A stretch of DNA of 27,065 nucleotides from an uncultured bacterium (GTDB taxonomy: Bacteria; Abyssobacteria; SURF-5): assembly GCA_964510165.1 (NCBI GenBank), contig CAZEBC010000019.1, positions 9,465-36,529 of the forward strand, read 5' to 3'. Within the stretch, counting starts at the first letter, position 1. Each line of letters starts with the position of its first letter. Shown in pieces: positions 8,244 through 16,494 of this stretch. The translations under genes were made by a program, and so were the position numbers. The notes beneath the pieces are model-generated. The model was not told the DNA's origin. It made no database searches and saw nothing but the letters and a program-made list of their open reading frames with translations.

Positions 8244-9161
8244 TCAAACCGGCGTGAGTTCCTTTTTGGACAGGAATGCAACCGAATCCGTTAAGTCCTC
8301 TTCTCTTACGTCGGGACACAATTCGATGACACGGATGGCGTCCTTGCTCACGTGTTTCTTGATCATGTCGAAGTCCACGCTTCCCTTTCCGGGAGCCAGA
8401 TGGTCTCTCACCCCTTCGACGTCGTGAAGATGAACGCCCACGAGGCAAGTGGAGAATCGGGCCAGAAGCTCCTCATGGCTGATGCCGTACAAGCGCTCCT
8501 GCACTTCGGCATGACCGACATCATGCCAATAACCTATGGGGCTGCCCTCGAATTTCTCCAGGATGACGGCAATCTCTTCGGCAGACGGTACCTCATTCAG
8601 ATAGAATCGGTTCTCCATGCCGAGCCTGATCTCGAGACGCTCCGCCGTCCGCCACAGCCTGTCCATGCTGAACAGTGCCGCTTCAACATGCTTGCGGGAT
8701 TTGCGCTTGCGTTCCTCGAACAATTCCTTCAAGTAGCTTCGAGTGAGGCCGCCCGTAGCGCCCCTTTCGTATGCATCGCGAAACTGCGAGAAGCCGTTGT
8801 CCATATCAATCTTACCGAGATGCAGGACCACCCCTCGCGCGCCAACTTCATGGGCGTTCTCCAAAGTGCGAAGCGTGTGCTTTACCGCCCGTTCACGCTC
8901 CTCCCTGTCAGGCGAAGATAGCGAGAAGAGGTCGCCGCTCGCCTGCTCCCGGGCAACGCCTTCGGGCAAGGGGAAAAAATTGTGAACGCTCGACACTTTG
9001 GGTTCGCCTCGTCTCAGGGAAGGCAGCATCTCCCGGAAAATCTTTTCGGTAATGCGATACTCCAGCTCAACGGCCTCGAAACCGCAATCCTTTATTGGAC
9101 CCAGAATGCCATCCACTGACTCGGCATCAGCCGATTTCCATGAGGTGGAAACAGCAATCAT
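8244..9161 (-). CDS. Sugar phosphate isomerase/epimerase, xylose-isomerase-like TIM barrel (AP endonuclease 2 superfamily)
   Basis: Metal-ligand motifs SVHN, VVLHLG, MENR, WHDVGH, VHLHD, DHLAPG and VIEL. Start taken as MIAVSTSW at 9161. Confidence 0.85.
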   Translation of the reverse strand: MIAVSTSWKSADAESVDGILGPIKDCGFEAVELEYRITEKIFREMLPSLRRGEPKVSSVHNFFPLPEGVAREQASGDLFSLSSPDREERERAVKHTLRTLENAHEVGARGVVLHLGKIDMDNGFSQFRDAYERGATGGLTRSYLKELFEERKRKSRKHVEAALFSMDRLWRTAERLEIRLGMENRFYLNEVPSAEEIAVILEKFEGSPIGYWHDVGHAEVQERLYGISHEELLARFSTCLVGVHLHDVEGVRDHLAPGKGSVDFDMIKKHVSKDAIRVIELCPDVREEDLTDSVAFLSKKELTPV

Positions 9162-9237
9162 CACAATCACCTTCTCGGAAAGCACATGGAATCTTGGAAT
9201 CCGAGCTCCCCTGAAATGCGAAGTGCGCTGAGAGGGA

Positions 9238-9960
9238 TTACTTGCCGGAAGGCTGCTGAATATCCGCACTCCCGGCGGCAGAGGGTGTGCCGGGAGCCTG
9301 GTCTCCCCGAGACGCGAGCTTGGGCCTTGACTGCAGCTTTCTGAACTCCCACAACTCTCTGAACACTATCGGGTCTTCGTTCGGGTTATCCGAGTATTCC
9401 CACTTCTCGACTCGCTCGAACACAAGCCTGAACTCGAGCTTATCATGCTTGAAATCGTAATCGGATTCGGCGGCTTTGGCCTCCAGATGCCACGACGTCT
9501 TGAAATAGTCGCCATCCACATAAACATTTGCAAGAAACGGTGTCTCGTCGCCTTTCCCCCGCAGCACTTCCACTTCGTATTCTCTCGCAAACACGATGTA
9601 ATCTCTGTAATATCTGCCGTCCCCAGCCTCTCTCACGGTCGGCTCCGTAAACTCCGAGGTTACCAGCCAGCGCTCAGCCGCCATCCGCAACTCCTTCAAG
9701 TCCTTATCCGAAAGCACCGGCTTGGCCTTTTGAGGCCTCGGGGACGGAGTCAAGTCCTCCGGCGGCACTGGCTTCGAGCGGCCTCCCATGAACGGAAGAA
9801 AATCCAACAGCCCGCCCCCACCGCTCGGTTTCTTTTCCTCCTGCTCCATATATGCAGAATCCGGCAGACGACCCTCTTCAACTTTATTTTGAGCAATGGC
9901 AGTGTCGAAGGCAAACCCCAGGAGCGTCATCAACACTACTGTTAGAAACGTCTTCTTCAT
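9238..9960 (-). CDS. Secreted hypothetical protein (240 aa)
   Basis: Signal peptide MKKTFLTVVLMTLLGFAFDTAIA, GAGG RBS, Pro-rich linker, then an aromatic/beta-rich domain. Confidence 0.75.
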   Translation of the reverse strand: MKKTFLTVVLMTLLGFAFDTAIAQNKVEEGRLPDSAYMEQEEKKPSGGGGLLDFLPFMGGRSKPVPPEDLTPSPRPQKAKPVLSDKDLKELRMAAERWLVTSEFTEPTVREAGDGRYYRDYIVFAREYEVEVLRGKGDETPFLANVYVDGDYFKTSWHLEAKAAESDYDFKHDKLEFRLVFERVEKWEYSDNPNEDPIVFRELWEFRKLQSRPKLASRGDQAPGTPSAAGSADIQQPSGK

Positions 9961-10002
9961 AAATGCCTCTTTCAAAAAGCGACAGTTCTGTACGTGAAGA
10001 AG

Positions 10003-10032
10003 ATTATACTTCAGATGTGAGAGGAAGCGCAA
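10003..10032 (-). promoter_or_regulatory. Putative sigma70 promoter for the secreted protein gene
   Basis: Minus strand TTGCGC-N18-TATAAT. Confidence 0.55.
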
Positions 10033-10091
10033 CTGAGGACGGGGGTTCCGGATACTACTGAAACGATTCGCGCCGAGATGCAAGGCTTGTC

Positions 10092-10463
10092 TCAGGCTCT
10101 CATCAGCCTGACTCTCTCTCCGTCGAACACACGGCGAAAGTTTTTGGCGTCGCCGATGACCGCCCCCACTATGTTGACGGCGCTGGCGGGGCGTATCTCG
10201 TTCCCCTTGCTGATGGGAGTCGGGCCAAAGAAAATGCAGAATGCCGAGCCTGTGGGCCAGTAGCCCAGGTCGCCGACCTGCACGGTTTCGACACCGTTCT
10301 CAAGACCCGCCTTCACCGGGATTTCAAAATAAATCTCGTCACCCCACGTGTTGACGCTTGCTTCTATCGGGAGCGCTTGCCAAATGAGTTTTGCAGTCCT
10401 GCTGTCGTTCAGTTCGGCCTCCGCCCGGACATTTCCCGCCTCAATCATGATTTTCTTTGCCAT
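10092..10463 (-). CDS. Cyclophilin-like fold protein (DUF369/TM1367-like)
   Basis: Motifs ALPI...NTWGDEIYF, GDLGYWPTG.AFCIFFGPTP and PASAVN.VG. GGAGG RBS before the ATG at 10463. Confidence 0.88.
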   Translation of the reverse strand: MAKKIMIEAGNVRAEAELNDSRTAKLIWQALPIEASVNTWGDEIYFEIPVKAGLENGVETVQVGDLGYWPTGSAFCIFFGPTPISKGNEIRPASAVNIVGAVIGDAKNFRRVFDGERVRLMRA

Positions 10464-10477
10464 TAAGGACCTCCGGT

Positions 10478-11545
10478 TCACAGCCCGAGCTTGCGGAAAA
10501 GCGCGGGATAATCAATATACTGATCCATGAATTTGACGGCGTAATCGACCTTATGCTGCGCCCGTATGCTGAGTCGCCCCAGTATGGCTTCGAACTTCTC
10601 GACCGTCTCGAGCGTATCTCCGGGAACCACAATCACGGGCACGCCCGCCTGTCGCGCGCGTGAGAGCACCACGTCATTCGGGTAGAGATTCCCGGTGAGA
10701 ACGAGGCACTTGGTCGGGGTGTCGAGCGCGGCGAGCATAATATCGGCGCGGTCGCCGCCCGTGATGACCGCCTTCTCGCGAATCCGTATGAAATGGCGGA
10801 GGGCGGTCTCGGCGGTCATGGCGCCGACGGAGAACCGCTCGACAGTCTCGCCCAGCTTATCCTCACAACACAGCAGTCTTCCGTTCAGGAGTTCCAGGAT
10901 TTCGCGTATCGTCACGGCCCCGAGCTTTGAGTCCTCCGGCACTACGCCGAGAACGTCTATCCCTTTCGACTTGAGATACGGGCCGACTGAATTCCGCGCG
11001 AAATCGGCCTTGTTTGGGTCAACCCGATTGAATATGACCCCAACCAGCGAGTCACCCAGCTCTCTCTTGACGGAAAGCAGGCGGTCCACGGTGCGGTTGA
11101 CCCACCCGAAGCGATCAGTGAGCAGCATCTTGCCTCCCACCTCACGCATGAAGTCCGTCTCGCCCAACCCGAACATCATCCCCGTCTGCAAACACCCTAT
11201 GCCGACCAGGAATGTAATCTGCTTGCCCGCCGAAACCTTCTTGTAAGCATTGCGGATTCTGTCTGCGTGATTCTCCAACTTCTTGCCCGCAAAAACATCG
11301 CTGAGCAACTCCTGCGTCAGCACAACTGGACACAGGTCGCTGAGCGCATCATCGAGCTTCAAGGTCTCCTTGAAGAATACCATGTCCTCGTCGGTGAGCA
11401 CGCCGTCCACCTGGGTCGGAAATACACCGAAGGGCTTGAAGAAGCCCACCGACTTGTTCTGTCCTCGAAGCTTGACGCCCGCTGACAGACATATCGTGTT
11501 TCTTCCGGAGAATTCCGTAAGCGAATCTATAAAAAGCGGGATCAT
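10478..11545 (-). CDS. BioD-like N-terminal plus DRTGG domain protein (phosphotransacetylase N-terminal family, no catalytic PTA domain)
   Basis: Motifs GFFKPFG, GVIFNRV, VLGVVPED, VGAM, ITGGDRADI and LVLTG. The protein ends without a PTA_PTB domain. Confidence 0.88.
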   Translation of the reverse strand: MIPLFIDSLTEFSGRNTICLSAGVKLRGQNKSVGFFKPFGVFPTQVDGVLTDEDMVFFKETLKLDDALSDLCPVVLTQELLSDVFAGKKLENHADRIRNAYKKVSAGKQITFLVGIGCLQTGMMFGLGETDFMREVGGKMLLTDRFGWVNRTVDRLLSVKRELGDSLVGVIFNRVDPNKADFARNSVGPYLKSKGIDVLGVVPEDSKLGAVTIREILELLNGRLLCCEDKLGETVERFSVGAMTAETALRHFIRIREKAVITGGDRADIMLAALDTPTKCLVLTGNLYPNDVVLSRARQAGVPVIVVPGDTLETVEKFEAILGRLSIRAQHKVDYAVKFMDQYIDYPALFRKLGL

Positions 11546-11548
11546 GTT

Positions 11549-13645
11549 TCACCTCTCTCTTCTGAGCGTGAGCCTCGCGTCGAGCGCGATCGGCTCCCGA
11601 CCATCGGGGAACACCTTCAGCGGGTTGATGTCGATGTCGAAGATTTCCGGGAAATCGGTGACTAATTGCGAGAGCCGCAGCAGAGACTCGACTATTGAAT
11701 CGAGGTTGACCGGTTTCTCCCCACGCGCGCCTTGAAGCATCGGGAACGAGCGTATGCTGCGAATCATTCCCCCTGCGTCCTCCACGCTGAGAGGCGCGAT
11801 GCGGAACGAGACATCTTTCAACACCTCGACATAAATGCCCCCCAACCCAAACATGATGACCGGCCCGAACTGCGGGTCGCGTATCGAGCCGAGGATCACT
11901 TCTTTGCCGCCCTGCACCATCTCCTGGATGGATACCCCCCAGATATCGGCCTCCGGCATGAGGCGCCTGGCCCGCTCCTTCATTTCCCGAAACGCCTCAC
12001 GAACCTCTTCCTTGCCGTTCAGGCCGACTCGCACCCCACCAAAGTCGGACTTGTGCAGAATATCGGGCGATGCGATCTTCATGACGACCGGAAACCCGAT
12101 CTTTTCCGCGATGTATTCGGCGTCCGACGGATTGTTGGCGATGACGCTGCCGGGCACCTTGAATCCGTATGCGGAGATTATCTCGCGCGCCCTGTATTCC
12201 CCTATCTCGACATGTCCCGCCGAGGCCGCCTCATCGAGCAGAGCGCGCACATGACTCTTATCAACCTCGAAGCTCTTGTAGTGTGGCTCAGGCAGGCTGC
12301 GCCAGCTCTCGTAGCGTACCATCGCCTCCATCGCCGAGATGGCGCGCTCCGGATATTGGTAGTTAGGAATTGACGCCTGCGAAAGAATCTCAATGCTGCT
12401 CCTCACGGTCGGCCCACCCATGAACACGGCCAGTACAGGCTTGCTGTCAACGGAGAACCGGGTGACCGCTCGCGCCACTTTCTCGGGGCCGCTCATCGCC
12501 TGAGGAGTGAACAGAACCAGGAGACCGTCAACATTCGGGTCTTTGGAGACGGCCTCGAGCGCGGCGGCATAGCGCTCGTCCCGGGCGTCCCCGATGAGGT
12601 CCACAGGATTGTAAAGCGCGGCTGTCGGCGGAAGCGAGGCGCGGAGGTCCTCAATAGTCTTTTTCTCAAAACTCGCCATCCGCAGCGTGGAACGCTCCAC
12701 GGCGTCCGACGCTATGATGCCTGGGCCGCCCGCGTTGGTGACAATCGCCACACGGTTGCCCTTCGGATAACGCTGAGTCGAAAAAGCGCGCGCATAATCG
12801 AACAGGTCTTCCATGGAGATGACCCGGATGATGCCTGCCTGCTCAAACGCCGCCCCAAAGGCCTTCTCCGACCCGGCAAGAGAGCCGGTGTGAGAGGAAG
12901 CCGCGCGCGCACCCGCCTCCGTGCCACCCGACTTGATCATTATGACCGGCTTTTTCTTGGTGACCGAGCGGGCGACGTCGAGAAACTTGACCCCGTCTTT
13001 TACCCCTTCAATATAGCCGAGTATGACTTTTGTCTCGTCGTCATCCCCCATTATCTGCAGTATGTCGGTCTCGTCAATGTCGAGCTTGTTGCCGAGACTG
13101 ACAAACTTCGAGAAGCCGATGCCCTCGCCAAGCGCCCAGTCGAGGATGGCCGTGCACAGCGCACCCGATTGCGAAAAGAAACCTATGTTCCCTCTCTCGG
13201 GCATTCCCGCCGCAAACGATGCATTCAGCTTCGAGCCGGTGTCAATGAGCCCGAGGCAGTTGGGGCCAAGCAGGCGAATCCCGTATTGCGCCACCTTCTT
13301 GCCCAGGCTCGCCTCCAGGTCCGCCCCCTTGCCCCCTATCTCCTTGAAGCCGGCGGAGATGACTATGCCCGCCGGCACGTTCTTCTCGCCGCAATCGTCA
13401 AACACATTGACCACGGCCTCCGCCGGAATGGCGAACACTGCAAGGTCTATTGGCTCCGGCGCCTCTCTGAGCGACGGATAGCACTTCTTGCCGAGGATCG
13501 TCTTCGCGCTCGGATTTATCGGGAAAACCTTGCCGGGAAATTTGTACTTGATAAGATTGTTGAGAACATTATGACCGACCTTGCCCTTCTCGCGCGAAGC
13601 CCCGATAACCGCAATGGATTTGGGCGAAAACAGATGTTCAAGCAT
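11549..13645 (-). CDS. ADP-forming acetate/acyl-CoA synthetase, fused alpha-beta (ACD)
   Basis: Motifs PKSIAVIGAS, GPNCLG, SQSGA, SLGNK, ASSHTGSLAG (phospho-His), NAGGPG, NPVDLIGDA, HKSD (second His), GLGGIYVE and DINPL. No GNAT domain. Start taken as MLEHLF at 13645. Confidence 0.93.
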   Translation of the reverse strand: MLEHLFSPKSIAVIGASREKGKVGHNVLNNLIKYKFPGKVFPINPSAKTILGKKCYPSLREAPEPIDLAVFAIPAEAVVNVFDDCGEKNVPAGIVISAGFKEIGGKGADLEASLGKKVAQYGIRLLGPNCLGLIDTGSKLNASFAAGMPERGNIGFFSQSGALCTAILDWALGEGIGFSKFVSLGNKLDIDETDILQIMGDDDETKVILGYIEGVKDGVKFLDVARSVTKKKPVIMIKSGGTEAGARAASSHTGSLAGSEKAFGAAFEQAGIIRVISMEDLFDYARAFSTQRYPKGNRVAIVTNAGGPGIIASDAVERSTLRMASFEKKTIEDLRASLPPTAALYNPVDLIGDARDERYAAALEAVSKDPNVDGLLVLFTPQAMSGPEKVARAVTRFSVDSKPVLAVFMGGPTVRSSIEILSQASIPNYQYPERAISAMEAMVRYESWRSLPEPHYKSFEVDKSHVRALLDEAASAGHVEIGEYRAREIISAYGFKVPGSVIANNPSDAEYIAEKIGFPVVMKIASPDILHKSDFGGVRVGLNGKEEVREAFREMKERARRLMPEADIWGVSIQEMVQGGKEVILGSIRDPQFGPVIMFGLGGIYVEVLKDVSFRIAPLSVEDAGGMIRSIRSFPMLQGARGEKPVNLDSIVESLLRLSQLVTDFPEIFDIDINPLKVFPDGREPIALDARLTLRRER

Positions 13646-13707
13646 CAGTGAGCCTGTCGGTTGTGCGGCGAATCCTATACCGCTTCGGAAGTTGTCACTT
13701 CTCGAAG

Positions 13708-13736
13708 AATATAACCGCATCAGGCGGAATTGTCAA
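13708..13736 (-). promoter_or_regulatory. sigma70 promoter for the ACD operon
   Basis: Minus strand TTGACA-N17-TATATT. The spacer contains a short CCGC-N5-GCGG inverted repeat. Confidence 0.75.
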
Positions 13737-13817
13737 TTGCATGCCCGCCGGCTGACAAACCGTATGGCGAACGCGACTTCGCCTTCGCTCCTCACGCCTC
13801 ACTGTAAGGAAGCGCCG

Positions 13818-13847
13818 TTGACTTTTTCCGGTTCTCTTTGATAGAGT
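13818..13847 (+). promoter_or_regulatory. Putative sigma70 promoter for the epimerase-SDR pair
   Basis: TTGACT-N18-TAGAGT with a TGn extension. Confidence 0.55.
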
Positions 13848-13889
13848 GAAGGCGAGTCGGAGCGGCGCTGCAAAGGAAAGGGACGCGAG

Positions 13890-14339
13890 ATGATCCAGGG
13901 AGTCAAGCTTGTTCCATTGGTGGCGCATACGGATGACAGAGGGTATCTGATCGAGATTCTCAGGGCCACCGACGACCATTTCACCAAATTCGGGCAGGTC
14001 TATCTCGTGGGTAACATGGCGAGAGGCACCGTAAGGGCGTTTCACAAGCATGAAGTGCTCTGGGACTGGTTCTTCATAAGCCACGGCTCCGCCAAATTTG
14101 CATTGAGGGATGACCGCGCCAACAGCCCGACATTTGGCCAGATGGACACCTACACAATTACCCAGAGAAACCCCTCGCTGCTGGTCGTCCCGCCGGGCGT
14201 GTTCCACGGCTGGATGTCGCTCGAGGACGACACCCAGATGATAAGCACGGCAAGCGAGGTGTATAATCGCCAAAAGCCGGATGAAGTTCGGGTACCGCCC
14301 GATTCATTCGGCTACAAGTGGGAAGTGAAGGGAAGATAA
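13890..14339 (+). CDS. dTDP-4-dehydrorhamnose 3,5-epimerase family protein (RmlC/SpsL-like cupin)
   Basis: Motifs DDRGYLIE, FGQVY, VRAFHKH, DDR..SPTFG and VPPGVFHG. Confidence 0.9.
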   Translation: MIQGVKLVPLVAHTDDRGYLIEILRATDDHFTKFGQVYLVGNMARGTVRAFHKHEVLWDWFFISHGSAKFALRDDRANSPTFGQMDTYTITQRNPSLLVVPPGVFHGWMSLEDDTQMISTASEVYNRQKPDEVRVPPDSFGYKWEVKGR

Positions 14340-14360
14340 TCGGGTGAAGAGGGTGTAACT

Positions 14361-15383
14361 ATGATTCTGGTGACGGGTGGCGCAGGGTATATTGGTTGTG
14401 TGCTCGTCGCGGAGTTGCTCGCCAAGGGCGAAGCCGTTCGGGTACTCGATAAGCTCTATTTCGGAGAAGAGGGCCTCAAGTCGGTTCGCGACAAGATCGA
14501 ACTCGTCCAGGGTGACGTCCGGCATCTCGACCCCAAATGGCTCGACGGGATCGACTCGGTCATCCATCTCGCCGGCCTCTCAAATGACCCGACCGCCGAG
14601 TTCAATCCCAAGGCCAATCACGAAATGAACACCGTGGCCACAGGAATCCTGGCCAAGGCCTGCAAGGAGCGTGGGATCAAGCGCTTCACCTTCGCCTCGA
14701 CATGCTCAATATACGACCGCGGTCTGTTTGCCGAGGACGTGCTGTACGACGAAAACAGCGAAGTCGCGCCGCGAGCCGCCTACGCCGTCTCCAACTATGA
14801 GGCTGAGAAGATCCTGCTCGATATGTGCGACGATAAGTTCTGCCCGGTCATCCTCAGGCAGGGAACCGTCTACGGATTCAGCCCCCGCATGAGATACGAC
14901 CTCGTGGTGAACACCTTCCTCAAGGACGCGCTGACAAAACGCGTCCTCACGGTGTATTGCGGCGGAGAAATGTGGCGCCCGCTGGTCGACGTGAGCGACG
15001 TCGCAAAGGCGCACATCTGCTGTGTCGAGTCGCCCGAAGAAAAAGTCAAAGGCCAAATCTTCAACCTGTCATTCAAGAACTACCGCATCCTCGAACTCGC
15101 CCATTGGGTCAGGGAAGCCCTCAAGGACCGCATGAAGCTTGATATCCAGGTTGACTACTCTCACTTCAAGACTCGCAGCTACAGGGTGTCGGCGCAGAAG
15201 ATTGAAACCATCCTCGGCTTCAAACCGGCCGTTCCCGTCAAGGAATCGGTCGAGAACATGGTGGAGAAGGTGCTCGCCTACGGCTTCGTCGACTACATGA
15301 ACCCACGCTACTACAACATCGAGTGGATGACCCTGCTCGCGCAGATGGAGCAGACCCTCGCCAAGATCGGCAGCGTCTTCTAG
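14361..15383 (+). CDS. NAD-dependent nucleotide-sugar epimerase/dehydratase (extended SDR)
   Basis: Motifs TGGAGYIG, HLAGLSNDP, FASTCSIY, Y-A-V-S-N (atypical YxxxK), TVYGFSPRMRYDLVVN and WRPLVDV. Confidence 0.92.
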   Translation: MILVTGGAGYIGCVLVAELLAKGEAVRVLDKLYFGEEGLKSVRDKIELVQGDVRHLDPKWLDGIDSVIHLAGLSNDPTAEFNPKANHEMNTVATGILAKACKERGIKRFTFASTCSIYDRGLFAEDVLYDENSEVAPRAAYAVSNYEAEKILLDMCDDKFCPVILRQGTVYGFSPRMRYDLVVNTFLKDALTKRVLTVYCGGEMWRPLVDVSDVAKAHICCVESPEEKVKGQIFNLSFKNYRILELAHWVREALKDRMKLDIQVDYSHFKTRSYRVSAQKIETILGFKPAVPVKESVENMVEKVLAYGFVDYMNPRYYNIEWMTLLAQMEQTLAKIGSVF

Positions 15384-15454
15384 AATTCAGACAAAGCCAT
15401 AATATCCTTCTGGCGGCAGGCCCATGCCCAACGGCCTTCTACGCATGATCCCCC

Positions 15455-16474
15455 TCACGCCTTAAGCGCTCGCTTCAGGAACAGACCGTCCGGCCTCAAT
15501 TCGAACGGAGGGTCGGGTGAGAGCAGGTTCTCCATGCTGAGCAACTCGCAAATCTCAGCGTCCGTTCGAACGTAAGTCCTTTTCTCGACTCGGCGGCGTT
15601 GCGCCACCTGGTTCCACCTCTTCAGCGCCGCCAGGAATCCTTTGAGCTCCAGGGAATCGCCTTTCAACGTCCGCTTTGCGACCCGGGGAAGCAAGAAAGT
15701 AATGTGCTCGCGGAAATAGTTACGATCGGTCAGATTCCGCCACATCAGAAGGAACTTGTTGCGCCTGTTTATGAATTCATAGTACCTTTTTGAAAAGGCC
15801 TTGGGGATCGTTGCCTGATGCTTGTGATAAACGACGCTCTTCGGCTCGAAAAGCATATAGTAACCCAGCTTCCAGGCTCGATAGCAGATGTCGAAGTCTT
15901 CGCAATTGAACGGATGATACAGCAGGTCGAACATCCCCAATTCTTCGAATATCTTCTTCTGAAACATGATGGAGCCGCCGCTGATGTACAGAGTCGGGGC
16001 CAGCCGGCCGCAATGGTCCACGCCTCCACTGGCGGCCCACTCCTCAAGCAGCAACCCCCGATCGAATCGCGCCGCGCTGCAACTGAACAGAACTTCCTTC
16101 GAGGCGGGGAAATATGTCAACGGGCCGACGGCAAACAGCTTTCCATTCGTGAAGTGACCGGCAAGCGGGGCGATGCAATCCGGCTCAAGCAGCATGTCAT
16201 TGTTCAGAAGAAACACGAGTTCATGCCGGGTGGCCTCAATTCCGGTGTTGCTTCCGACCTGGAAGCCGGTGTTCGTATCGAGCGCAATGACGGAAACGCC
16301 GGGGTATCGCTCATGAAGACACTCGACCGTGCCGTCCGTGCTCCCATTGTCAACAACGATGATTTCTGCGTCGCCCGCATAATTCTCTGCGGCCTGAACC
16401 ACGCTCGGAAAACACTCCTCGAGTAGATGCTTGCCGTTCCACGTGAGCACCACGAGACTTACGGGCGGATTCAC
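15455..16474 (-). CDS. Glycosyltransferase family 2 (rhamnosyltransferase-like GT-A)
   Basis: Motifs LTWNG, VVDNGSTDG, NTGF...N, LLNND and CEDFD. Start GTG at 16474 inferred from the paralog (TTG at 16498 is the alternative). Confidence 0.9.
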   Translation of the reverse strand: MNPPVSLVVLTWNGKHLLEECFPSVVQAAENYAGDAEIIVVDNGSTDGTVECLHERYPGVSVIALDTNTGFQVGSNTGIEATRHELVFLLNNDMLLEPDCIAPLAGHFTNGKLFAVGPLTYFPASKEVLFSCSAARFDRGLLLEEWAASGGVDHCGRLAPTLYISGGSIMFQKKIFEELGMFDLLYHPFNCEDFDICYRAWKLGYYMLFEPKSVVYHKHQATIPKAFSKRYYEFINRRNKFLLMWRNLTDRNYFREHITFLLPRVAKRTLKGDSLELKGFLAALKRWNQVAQRRRVEKRTYVRTDAEICELLSMENLLSPDPPFELRPDGLFLKRALKA

Positions 16475-16494
16475 AACATGCCATCCTTCTGCCG

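Noticed and set aside
11549-13645. Protein lysine acetyltransferase Pat/Pka
   Set aside because: There is no GNAT domain and the catalytic His residues are retained, which fits ACD.
13695-14273. 192-aa minus-strand ORF
   Set aside because: It is antisense to the RmlC-like gene and runs across both promoters.
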